A stretch of DNA of 64,000 bases, from positions 1,855 through 65,854 of IMG/VR virus record IMGVR_UViG_3300030329_001103; one strand, 5' to 3'. Both the position numbers and the translations under genes were made by a program. Shown piece after piece: positions 1 through 10,300 of this stretch. The stretch is from a virus (taxonomy: Duplodnaviria; Caudoviricetes). Positions within the stretch are counted from its first letter, which is position 1. Each line of letters opens with the position of its first letter. The notes under the pieces are model-generated. The model ran no database searches, was not told the DNA's origin, and saw only the letters and a list, made by a program, of their open reading frames with translations.

Positions 1-2
1 AT

Positions 3-590
3 GAGCTTATAGGCTATCCTGGGGGCTATGAGAAGAACATACTAAAGAAGATAGCTAGGATGGCTCATCAGTACAACGTAAGTATGATCCGAGTGGAGAG
101 CAACTTTGGCGACGCTATGTATTGCCAGCTGCTTGCTCCAGTGGTGGCTGAGATGGATCATCATATCGCTATCGAAGATTATAGGGTCACAGGACGTAAA
201 GAAGCTAGAATAATCGATGCTTTAGAGCCTGTTATGACAATGCATAGGCTTGTAATGGATCGACGTAGTGTGTGTCAAGAGGAAAATCAAAAGCAATTGA
301 CTAGAATCTGGGACAAGAAGGGCGCATTAGCCCACGATGATAGAGTAGATTGCTTAGCCGCTGCTGTTAGTCACTGGGAAGAAATGCTATCTACTGATGT
401 GGATGTTATTATTGCCAGAAATAGAGAGAGAAGAGAGCAAGAAGTAGTTAAGACATGGCTTAATGACGATAGACGCATGGGTCTATGGGGTCACAAACTA
501 TCGGGAGCTGTAATTCATCGTAAAGAAGAAAAAGTTATAGACCCGAATAAATCGAAATGGAGCTCACGCAATAAGCGTAGCTGGAAATAA
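3..590 (+). CDS. terL: Terminase large subunit, C-terminal nuclease part (5'-truncated by window edge), T7 gp19-like
   Basis: Frame is open from position 3 (ELIGYPGGYEKNIL...). Motifs ESNFGDAMY, KEARIIDALEPVM..HRL and HDDRVD match T7-like gp19. Confidence 0.93.
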   Translation, partial: ELIGYPGGYEKNILKKIARMAHQYNVSMIRVESNFGDAMYCQLLAPVVAEMDHHIAIEDYRVTGRKEARIIDALEPVMTMHRLVMDRRSVCQEENQKQLTRIWDKKGALAHDDRVDCLAAAVSHWEEMLSTDVDVIIARNRERREQEVVKTWLNDDRRMGLWGHKLSGAVIHRKEEKVIDPNKSKWSSRNKRSWK

Positions 591-601
591 GGAGATATCA
601 T

Positions 602-1354
602 ATGTTATCAATGTCTATGATGCTGCCTGGCCTTGCTATGGGCGGGCCTCAGGGTATAGGTATAGCTGCTGGGGCTGGGGCTGGCGGTCTTTCTAGTTTC
701 GCTTCAGGGCCTTGGGGAATGATGCTTAACGCAGGTCTTCAAACATTTATGGGTGCTAGGCAAGCTCAAGCTCAAGCTATGGCTCAACGATTACAATTCG
801 AAGAACAGGAGTTTCAAAGAGAGTGGAATAATCAGGTAAGAAATCGCCAGATTGCGAAAGAAAATGCAAACAAATGGTTTCAAAATCAGAAGATAGCAGA
901 AGCCGCTAATAAAAATAGGGCTGAAAGAGATTTTTATATAAGGTATAACTTTGAAAATGAGACGGGAGAATTTTCTAGGCAGTCCCAAAGTATAAATGAT
1001 TCATTATTATCTTCTTTAAGCGGACGAAATATAAGTGGAGATAGTGGTACAGCTAAGGCTTTATTAAGAATGGCTATAGATCAGCGAAACAAATCGGCTG
1101 TAGCTAGAAGCGTCACATACGAAAATGCTTTGCGAGGATCTGAAAGACAACAAGAGGCTGCTCTTAATCAGCGAGACTTTAATTACAATGAACATATTCC
1201 ATTTATGCCAGGACACGACGGTACTCCATCAGGAGGTGAGGCTTTCTCTGGTGCATTGTTAAGTGGTATTGGTAGCGTTTGGGGTGCATACGCACAAGGA
1301 AGCATGAACCAAGATATGTTAGGTGCTATTAATAGAGGAGCAGGTGTACTATAA
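602..1354 (+). CDS. Internal virion protein (gp14-like ejection protein)
   Basis: Gly/Ala-rich hydrophobic N-terminus, Gln/Ala coiled-coil middle, Gly-rich C-terminus, no Cys; AAGGAG RBS; leads the block of very large proteins. Confidence 0.6.
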   Translation: MLSMSMMLPGLAMGGPQGIGIAAGAGAGGLSSFASGPWGMMLNAGLQTFMGARQAQAQAMAQRLQFEEQEFQREWNNQVRNRQIAKENANKWFQNQKIAEAANKNRAERDFYIRYNFENETGEFSRQSQSINDSLLSSLSGRNISGDSGTAKALLRMAIDQRNKSAVARSVTYENALRGSERQQEAALNQRDFNYNEHIPFMPGHDGTPSGGEAFSGALLSGIGSVWGAYAQGSMNQDMLGAINRGAGVL

Positions 1355-2367
1355 TGAAAGATATAAGATTATTAAAAGAGGTAGTATCAGGAGTTCCTGC
1401 TATTACTAAAAAAGATATCTCTGGTACAGATGCACGAGGTCAGAGGCATATTGATAAAAGCGAACAATGGTTGGCTAATAATAAAAATAAAGACAGTATG
1501 CTAACACTAAGAGGATGGCGAAGTAGTGTAGGCGATGGCTGGGAATATACCGATAACAACGTTGATTATAAAAACAAAACAGAACTAGATCTATTGGCTA
1601 AAGCTATTGGCTCGGAAGACAAAGCTAAAACCATGATGATTGAAGACTACAGAAATAAACTAAATGCATTAGGAAATTCTTTAGCTCAAGAACATAAGAT
1701 TCAAGACGATATAAAATATATGCCAGAGTGGATACGAGAAGATGTAATACCATTCTATCTTAAAACTTCGGCAGGTATGACTGATAGGAATCTAAGAAAT
1801 GCCCGATTAACAAAAAGAGAACAAGCATTTAAAACAGCTCGTTTAACAGAGGGCATGCTAGCAGAAGATGTATCAAGAAGAATACATCGAGAGGATGCTG
1901 AAAAACTTGACGCTATGGGATTACCGATACACATAGATACAAAAACGGGTCGATTTGCTACTGTTCAAGACGGTCAGTTAGTACCGGCATTTGCAATAGA
2001 TATGCCAGAAATGTCGTTAACTGAAGAGTTCTTAATGCACGATACAAGAGATGTTTGGGAGAATAGAATAGATGAACTTTTATTTAAATCTAGACAACGA
2101 GAACAAGAAACGCATAAAAAACTAAACGATGCTCTATGGCATAAACTAACAAGCTCCTCTATTCCTGAAGAATTTAAACCAGGTATTGTAGTAGATGCCG
2201 CTGAAAATAATGGGTGGGATATGCAGTATGTTTACGAAGGGGTTGATAGATTAATGGATGATGCATTCCAAAAAGGTATGTTTAAAAGACCTGGGGATGC
2301 TGCAAGATATTATAGAGAGCAATTTAACAATATTGCTAATCACGCTAAAAGGAGAATGGAATCATGA
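1354..2367 (+). CDS. Hypothetical protein, probable virion core/ejection protein
   Basis: 337-aa ORF coupled to neighbours, helical and Cys-free. Confidence 0.5.
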   Translation: MKDIRLLKEVVSGVPAITKKDISGTDARGQRHIDKSEQWLANNKNKDSMLTLRGWRSSVGDGWEYTDNNVDYKNKTELDLLAKAIGSEDKAKTMMIEDYRNKLNALGNSLAQEHKIQDDIKYMPEWIREDVIPFYLKTSAGMTDRNLRNARLTKREQAFKTARLTEGMLAEDVSRRIHREDAEKLDAMGLPIHIDTKTGRFATVQDGQLVPAFAIDMPEMSLTEEFLMHDTRDVWENRIDELLFKSRQREQETHKKLNDALWHKLTSSSIPEEFKPGIVVDAAENNGWDMQYVYEGVDRLMDDAFQKGMFKRPGDAARYYREQFNNIANHAKRRMES

Positions 2368-2729
2368 GTGATATACAAAGATATAATGTACTTCCCCCAT
2401 CACAGGAAATACCTGTTGATGCTCCTCCTCAAACCCTACAACCATCGTTACCTGACTTTGGTTCTTACTCAAACTTAGATGGACGGGCTCAATTATTTTA
2501 TGGAGCTATTCAAAAGAATTTAAGCGATGTTCAAGAGATGTTTCAAAAACAATGGGATTGGGAAATGAAACAAAGGCAAGCTGAAATAGAAAAAGAGAGA
2601 AAGAGAGAAGAGCAAGCAGCAGCGGCTAGACTGCAGCGAGAACTACTAGAGAACCAATGGCAAAGAGAGTTTGATGCTCTTCCTGATTATTCAAGAAATA
2701 TATATTCTGGAGGAGGATGGGCACTATGA
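2364..2729 (+). CDS. Hypothetical coiled-coil protein, probable virion core
   Basis: 121-aa ORF with ATGA overlap; Pro-rich N-terminus then charged coiled coil. Confidence 0.5.
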   Translation: MSDIQRYNVLPPSQEIPVDAPPQTLQPSLPDFGSYSNLDGRAQLFYGAIQKNLSDVQEMFQKQWDWEMKQRQAEIEKERKREEQAAAARLQRELLENQWQREFDALPDYSRNIYSGGGWAL

Positions 2730-5700
2730 CAACACCGAAACCTCGTATAATTGATCACTCTAAAACCGAAACCGGAGATATAATAAAATCGTTATTAAAA
2801 GCTGCATGGTATAAACGACCTATGGCTGCCTATCCTGGAGAAAGCCCATACGCTGGAGCACCTGGAACTACTAGGGGTCCTGTTGTTGACTATAAACATA
2901 CAGGCGAAGCAAAGCATGGAGGTCCTGTATATTTGCCGGGTGGTATGGAAGGCGATACCCCTGAAGAGGTAGAATCATGGTATAGGCAAAAGCCTGCTCC
3001 GCCTTCGGAACAAATAGTAGAAAATATTCCAGTACCTCCAGCTGTAAAACTTAATCAAGAAATGCTTAATCTAAAGCCTAGGGAGTATTGGCAGACAGAA
3101 GAAGGAATGAATGAATGGATGTCTTATGCTGTAACAGATGATATGTCTTGGCTAGAATCCGATGATGAAGCTATGAATCAATGGCGATGGACATTTGGTC
3201 ATTACTTAGATACTAAAGAACCTACTACTCAGCAGGACTATATGGAAGAATATAGTAGAGCTAAAGTTAGAGAAGCTTTTTCTAATAGGCTACATAACTT
3301 TGGTTTGTTTGCTAATGATTGGGATGATTTAATGCTTCACATAGATACCGATGGAGCTTCTTTTCAAGAGGGAGATGATACAGATTTTCTTGATGACGCT
3401 ATAGATCAAACATTAAACTTAGCAGTAAACGCAAGTCCTTGGTTAGAACACGCTCGTGAAGAAACGTATGGTAATGTCTTTAGTCTGGGTAGTACATTTA
3501 ATCGTGTTCTCCAAGATTGGCATACTAACTCTCCTGTCTTTACAGCTAATGATCCTCAGGGCTATTATGCTGATTGGCAAACACCGGCAAGAAATCCAAA
3601 CCAACATTCGGGAATGACACACGTAAGATCTTACGATCTTATGCCGCAAGAACAAAGACTGTTGATAAACGCAGCAATGAAGGACGTACCTATAATGATT
3701 CCTCATAGTGCTTTTTCATTAACAAAACAAGATGTAGCTTATTCAGATCCGAATTATCCTTATCCCGCAAATCAACCAGAGATAGATAAGATAACAGAAT
3801 ATCAAGAAGCACTTACTAACGAACTTCAATCATTCCACGTTGATCCAAAGATGTCTCAATTCTTAACAGACTTAGAAGAAAGGAAGACTCAGCTTTCTGG
3901 TAGAGAAACACAGCCAGGAATAGGAGGGTGGGATCCCTATGCTGCAGCCGAAACACAAGACTTCTCTGATTTTTATTCTACATATAGAACATATCTACCT
4001 CAAGAAATTACAGATAAGTACGATGCTTTTGTAGAACCAGATCCTCAACTATCTGAAAGTCAACTATATGATTTAAAAAGTATGATTAAAAATAGAGTAC
4101 TAAAACGACAGACACTACCAGCTAGAGTTGGAATGGAAAGTGAAACTTTATCGGTATCTTTAAGAGAAGTTCTTAAACAACTAAAAAAAGAAAATCTATT
4201 GCCACCTGGTTTGCATTTTCCTGAAGAAGGAATCACAGATAAAGAAATAGATACATTTGCTGAGTTAACAGTAGCAGCAAGCCAAGAAGGAAAACCCGAA
4301 ACCTTTGCTGAAGAGTTAAAGTTAATGGCACAAAACTTTGTAGAAAGTCCGGTTGGAACATTCCTTACTGAAGGATTTACTGATGAGCAAGTAAAAGTAA
4401 TGACAGACGTATCTAATCATGTGATGGATTTAGTAGGACAGCAAGAAATAGAAGCTGAGATGAATGAATTAGCAATGTTAGATAATAGAGAAGCTAACGA
4501 AAAAATTAATAAGAAGCTTGAAGAAAGAACCGCTAATGAAAGAAGGTACTGGGACAAAGTAGAAAGAGATACTGGTATGCAGTTAGGAATGTTTGGAGAA
4601 AATCATAAAGATATCTTTACATTTATTGCAGGACTAGGAGGACCTTTGTCTGCAGAATACGAAGGTAGAAGCGGACAGTTTATGACGATGCAAAGAATGC
4701 TTGTTGCTAACGCTACTTTAAAAGATAAAACCCCTGAACAAATAAAAGCTGTTGCCATGTACTATTTAAGTAATGGTATGCTCTCAGAGATTATGACTGA
4801 AGGTGTTGTCGACGGTGCAATAACAGTTAATCCTGATGGTACTTATGATCTAGCATTACAGAAGGGAGCTTTCTTAGATAATGTAGAACAACTTACAAGT
4901 CATTTAATAGACATACAAACAAAAGCTGCATCTTATAATCATAAAAAAGCTGCTGAATTATTCGATGCAAAGAAATCTCCTGAAGACTTCGCTAACTGGG
5001 GTATTGTAAAATTTTGGCAAGAAGAAGTAAGCGCTGATATTAAGAGTTATGGCGATGTGGTAGATTTAGTTAATGATGCTTTATATGATAACGATGGCGC
5101 ATTTACTAATGACCAAGCTATACGCATTTTAAAACTGTGGAATATAACACAAGAACAAAAAGCTAATTTAATTAAGCAAGGAAACGATAGCGATAAATGG
5201 AGTAGACGTGCTAGTCACGGTATTAATAACCAAGGAGCAGCTGTTGCTGTACATTCTAATCCTTCTCATCTATGGATTAATGGTGACTCATCAACAGATG
5301 ATGGATTAGGAACTCCAGGACATACGGCATTAATAGAAATGGGTAGAAATAAATTCCACAATTCTGTACGTCAGTATTATCAACAAGCATATGGAGATAT
5401 GTATCATCCCGAAATGATACCCGATCTAGAACAGTTAGGGTTTGTAAGTCGAAATAATATTAACTGGGATGCATTAGATTCACCGCAGGCAATACTAGCT
5501 GAGAACGGTATACCGATACAACATATAGCCGGAGCTCTTTCGCATTATCTATTAGATATACATTGGAGTAGCCCTACGCCAGAAATTGGACGGCAACAAA
5601 AGGCTTTAGTTAAACGTATTAACGAAGGAATGGCATTATTTAAACTTCCGGATTTATTTACAGAAGAAGTTACCCCAGAAAACATAGGAAGACTACGGTC

Positions 5701-7387
5701 TGCTACTATGGCTGTTAAAATGGGTATGTCTCTTTACAATGCTTCAAAGACAAACCCAGACATTCAAGCATCTTTACAAGGCATGTTAGGTTGGGATGCG
5801 GATAAATTTAGCGCATGGCAAAACAATATGAAATGGCTACAAAGTAATCCAGAATTTAGTTCATTCATTGGTGATGAAACATTTGAAATGCTATACTCAG
5901 AGGATCCAGCTAAATGGGCTGAAGCTATGAGTACTATAAAAGGAGGAACTACAGAAATTACTGATAAGATGTTATACTTCCTTTCTAAAATGATAGCCGG
6001 TTCTGAAATGCCAAACACCGAACAATTGGATAGTTTATTTAAACCACGTTCTAGTCTGAGAAATTTAGATTATAATATTACGTCTGATACTTTATGGGAA
6101 AAAACTTTCGGAGGCGGTGATACTTGGATAGGATCGGATATAATGGAAACTTTAGAAAACAATGGAATAGTAGTTACGATATATAATGCTGACGGTGAGG
6201 TAGATCGTGAGGCTAATGAAAATAATTTTAGACGGGCTGTAAAGATAGACGGAACTATATATGGCGACGATTTTAAGAATAACGGCATATGGGGGGATGA
6301 GTTTATTATGCGAGATCGTTGGCGAAAAGGACTAGGAACTTCGCGCCCTGATATTGTTTACGATGAAGACGAAGTTAGTTATTGGACACAGATGCAAGTA
6401 GCAACCTTAGGTGCCTATCTTCAACATGATGAACTTAATGCTGCTGCTCGAAATATAGTATCTTCTTTAGGTCCGGGAGAAACAATAGATATACCGACAC
6501 TTATAGATTTACTGGATACGGGAATGGATGTAACTAAAGGACTTACTTTCCATGGCATAGAACAGGGATCTAATTTTATGGGCGACGGAAGAGCCGTTAA
6601 AGAAAATTATATATTCTCTCATAGAAGCCAGCAAGGTTTATTTAAAGTAGCTAAAAATAGTCCAAAAGAAAATATGACTACATCTCAACGAGCTTACGAA
6701 ATTTGGCAAGATGCGCCACTACAAGTAAACAAAATTACTTCCCCGAGTTTTAAAGAACAGACAGTTAATAACTTTACTGAACACAATAGCTGGGGAACTG
6801 TATACACGCAAGCAGGAATAACCGAAGAGCAGTGGACTAAATCAATAAACGATATTGTAACAGAAGTAATTGGGGATTATACAAAAGCAATTCCTGTTTT
6901 AAATCAAATGGATATTGTAGGACGAAGGCCTCGTACAATGGCTATGTACGGTTCTATTTTAGATAGGATTTTTGAAACTTACCCTAATATAGATAATATA
7001 TTTGGACTAAATAGAAATACTTTGGTAGGATATGGATGGGAAGAATTAACGAGGGGTACGCCACTAGAAAGTGAAAGACCTCCCCATCTTGAGCTATTAG
7101 ATTTAAAGTGGTTATATACAAACCTATCGGTAGCTCCAGATGCTCATGGATTTCCTAAAACTTTATTTGGCATAGAGCATGATAGATATGCTCCTGGTTG
7201 TAATTTACAATATGAAGATGGCTCAGGTAATAAAAATACATGGAACTTTCCATGGGCTATTAGTGATTTATCGCTTGGCGCATCACGTATTGGTACTAGT
7301 GGAGATAAGATTATATATGACATGGATGGTACGATAATAGGTCAAAACAACGAAACTATAATTCAAGGAGCAAGTATAAATGAGTAG
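2717..7387 (+). CDS. Large internal virion protein (gp15-like position)
   Basis: 1,556-aa acidic ORF, only one Cys seen, directly before the giant ORF. Confidence 0.6.
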   Translation: MGTMTTPKPRIIDHSKTETGDIIKSLLKAAWYKRPMAAYPGESPYAGAPGTTRGPVVDYKHTGEAKHGGPVYLPGGMEGDTPEEVESWYRQKPAPPSEQIVENIPVPPAVKLNQEMLNLKPREYWQTEEGMNEWMSYAVTDDMSWLESDDEAMNQWRWTFGHYLDTKEPTTQQDYMEEYSRAKVREAFSNRLHNFGLFANDWDDLMLHIDTDGASFQEGDDTDFLDDAIDQTLNLAVNASPWLEHAREETYGNVFSLGSTFNRVLQDWHTNSPVFTANDPQGYYADWQTPARNPNQHSGMTHVRSYDLMPQEQRLLINAAMKDVPIMIPHSAFSLTKQDVAYSDPNYPYPANQPEIDKITEYQEALTNELQSFHVDPKMSQFLTDLEERKTQLSGRETQPGIGGWDPYAAAETQDFSDFYSTYRTYLPQEITDKYDAFVEPDPQLSESQLYDLKSMIKNRVLKRQTLPARVGMESETLSVSLREVLKQLKKENLLPPGLHFPEEGITDKEIDTFAELTVAASQEGKPETFAEELKLMAQNFVESPVGTFLTEGFTDEQVKVMTDVSNHVMDLVGQQEIEAEMNELAMLDNREANEKINKKLEERTANERRYWDKVERDTGMQLGMFGENHKDIFTFIAGLGGPLSAEYEGRSGQFMTMQRMLVANATLKDKTPEQIKAVAMYYLSNGMLSEIMTEGVVDGAITVNPDGTYDLALQKGAFLDNVEQLTSHLIDIQTKAASYNHKKAAELFDAKKSPEDFANWGIVKFWQEEVSADIKSYGDVVDLVNDALYDNDGAFTNDQAIRILKLWNITQEQKANLIKQGNDSDKWSRRASHGINNQGAAVAVHSNPSHLWINGDSSTDDGLGTPGHTALIEMGRNKFHNSVRQYYQQAYGDMYHPEMIPDLEQLGFVSRNNINWDALDSPQAILAENGIPIQHIAGALSHYLLDIHWSSPTPEIGRQQKALVKRINEGMALFKLPDLFTEEVTPENIGRLRSATMAVKMGMSLYNASKTNPDIQASLQGMLGWDADKFSAWQNNMKWLQSNPEFSSFIGDETFEMLYSEDPAKWAEAMSTIKGGTTEITDKMLYFLSKMIAGSEMPNTEQLDSLFKPRSSLRNLDYNITSDTLWEKTFGGGDTWIGSDIMETLENNGIVVTIYNADGEVDREANENNFRRAVKIDGTIYGDDFKNNGIWGDEFIMRDRWRKGLGTSRPDIVYDEDEVSYWTQMQVATLGAYLQHDELNAAARNIVSSLGPGETIDIPTLIDLLDTGMDVTKGLTFHGIEQGSNFMGDGRAVKENYIFSHRSQQGLFKVAKNSPKENMTTSQRAYEIWQDAPLQVNKITSPSFKEQTVNNFTEHNSWGTVYTQAGITEEQWTKSINDIVTEVIGDYTKAIPVLNQMDIVGRRPRTMAMYGSILDRIFETYPNIDNIFGLNRNTLVGYGWEELTRGTPLESERPPHLELLDLKWLYTNLSVAPDAHGFPKTLFGIEHDRYAPGCNLQYEDGSGNKNTWNFPWAISDLSLGASRIGTSGDKIIYDMDGTIIGQNNETIIQGASINE

Positions 7388-10300
7388 AGAGTGGGCAATC
7401 AAACCAATTCCTTTAAGCTTTGGACAAAAAGCATTTAATGAATATACAGGGGAACAAATACAAAAACGAGAAAACGTGTTGTCTAATTTCCCTTTGTATG
7501 CAAAGGATAGGAAAGATATACAATACGGTACTCCTTTTAAACCTGAAGATTCCCAACAATGGGCTTGGGGTATGATGAATGTTCATACTGCTGTATGGGA
7601 AAATATGGCTAACTCATATCCTTCAGGGTATATTGCAGATAATATCGCATCACATAAACAAAGAGCTAGTGTAATGCAACCTATTACCGGGTATCAAAAC
7701 CGAAAAGGTTATGAGATGTTTGATGACTCTATGATGGCATTCAAACCTGAAGCACAAAAACTAATTGATGGATATGCTGAAGGCACGGCATGGAACATGC
7801 TAAGGTTAGGGAACGATTATGGTAGAAACCCCATAGCATTTAATACAGGTACTGATCGTAGAGAAGCATTGGGTGGTACGCTTACAAACGAAACTCCAGA
7901 AGATTTATTTTTGGATGAACCACCACCAGGATGGAATATTAAAGAAGCTTTAGAACAACTAAGCGAAATTAATCCAGTTGCATGGGATACTTATAAATTA
8001 GTAATGGGTAGTGAAGAAAAAATACATGAGATAGCCGAAGGCAGTAAGACTCCAGGAGAAGTATTATATAAATTAAATAACTACGTACAAAGCGCCGCAA
8101 TAATGAACAGCTTAGACAAGAACTTTGAGCAAATGAGCTGGGGCGAAGAAATGTGGGCACTATATGGTAGGGGTTTAATTGTCAATGGTATTATTAATGA
8201 TCCCGATATGCCTGCATCGTTAACGGTAAGTTTAGGACTTGCTCCCTTTACTTGGGGTGGTAGTCTTTTACTTGGACTAGGTGCTAAGTTACTTAAAGCA
8301 TCAGTATCCTCTATTAAATGGGGCAAAAGATTAAGCAGATTAGCAAAAATTGCAGGGGGAACAGGAGCTGTTGTATCCCATCTAGCTAAAGTTAGGCATG
8401 TCTTGCCCGAAACAGTTGGTCCTACTGTTATGAAGAAGATGTTTAAGAACTATGATAAATGGAAGGGTGCAGATGAATTCTGGTCATGGAGACAGTTCTC
8501 TGTAAATAGATTAGGTGACGCAACAGAAGGTAGTATTACAGGCGGCTTTGCTGAATACAGTACACAAAGATATGATAAGCATTATGGATTAAGAGATGAT
8601 ATAGATATGAAAGGTGTACTAAAGGAATCTTTAGTTGAAGCGGCATTGTCTCCGATTATAAACCCAGCAGTAGGCGGCGTACATCGAGCAATTTTGGGCG
8701 GTCCTTTGTATGTAGCTAATAAAACTATGATAGAATATATACCAGAAACTTTTAGTAAGGGTCTTACAGAAAATTTTAAATCTTTAATGCAAAACTTTGA
8801 TCCTGATCAAACAGCGAAAATGTGGACTACAACCAAAAAGTTTGTGCAGCTAGGTGAAGATATTTCAGAATTAACAATGGATGATGTAGACCCTGCGGCA
8901 CTACAAGACTCTAGTCATATGCTTAACCTTGTCTTAGAAGGTGTTATGAATCATACAAACGTAGATCGCGTAGAGGTCATGAACACTTTATCAACTGTGG
9001 TTGGAAAAATTAAAGCGGGAGTAAATACAGGAGACGTAGCTAAAGATTCATTGTTAGGAGCTATGATAGAATCTAATAAAGAAAACTTTGGAGGAGAAGG
9101 AAAACTTTCTCTTGATCAAATGGCTTTCTTATTAGCTGATGAACTGTCAAGAAAGAAAGGTAAAAACGGTCAACCCAATCCCTATGGAATAAACAATACT
9201 AAATTCTTATTAGAGCTAGAAGAAAAACTTGCACACTTTAAGAATTTATCAGCCTTTGCAAAAGAAAATGGTTTGTCCATAGAAGAAGCTAAGAAAAAGA
9301 TAGAAGATGAGGGGCTTTTTATAGAAGTATATCCTGGTTTAAAGGAAGAAATCGTCGAACAAATTGGCGTAGACGAATACGAAAGACTTAAAGAAACAGA
9401 CGAAGGTAAGTTAAAGCTAAGCGGAATTGCTCTTGATATCTTTAAAGAAAAGGAAAAACAATTTCAGGAAACAGTTAAAGCTAAAAGAGAACGAGTTGCA
9501 GAAGCTCAGGTAGAAGCAGAAGATGCAGTTGCTGAAAATGAAAACATATATCTAGATGACGAAGATATTCCTGAAGATGTATCTCTCAAAGAGTTGGAAC
9601 AATTAAAGGAATGGGTAGAAAATCCTGGGGATGCTACTGTTACGCAGATAGATGTAAATATTAACACCTACCTTGAGCAAGGCTTGATTAACGAGGTGCA
9701 AGCAAACATGCTTAAAAAAATGACTCTTGAGGTATCACAAGGTAAAAGGGAGATACAGACGTTAACTGCCTTCGAAAACCAAATATACGAAGCATTACCT
9801 GCCGACGCGTATGTTGTAACTCTTATAGAGTGGCCTTCCAAGAATTGGCTTAATGCTGCATATAAATTATCTAAAGCAGGCGTTCCTTTCCACAATAGAT
9901 TAGCAGAATTACGAGGCGAAGCTCAAGCTACAACTAGCGAAAGAAAAACTCACGAGATTATTTCTGTAGACGAACACGATAATGGGGCTGATATTAAGTT
10001 TAGAAATGACGCAGGGGATATTTTAAACCTATCAATAGAAGTATTCGACCACGCAGTAATGATTGATGGTGTGCCGGAATATGGGAAGATGATAGAAGGT
10101 CATTTTTCAGCAGAAGATCAGACGAAGATAGACACTATGTCTGGTGATCCATTTACGGTTCTTAATACCGTAGGAGAGCAGTTGTTACTTTATGCTAAAA
10201 AGTTTGATGTGGATTTTGTTAGAATTATGTCTCAACAAGGTGAAACAGAAACTAGAAAACCAGGTGGGCCAAGTGCAAGGGCTAGAATATACCAAAGAAT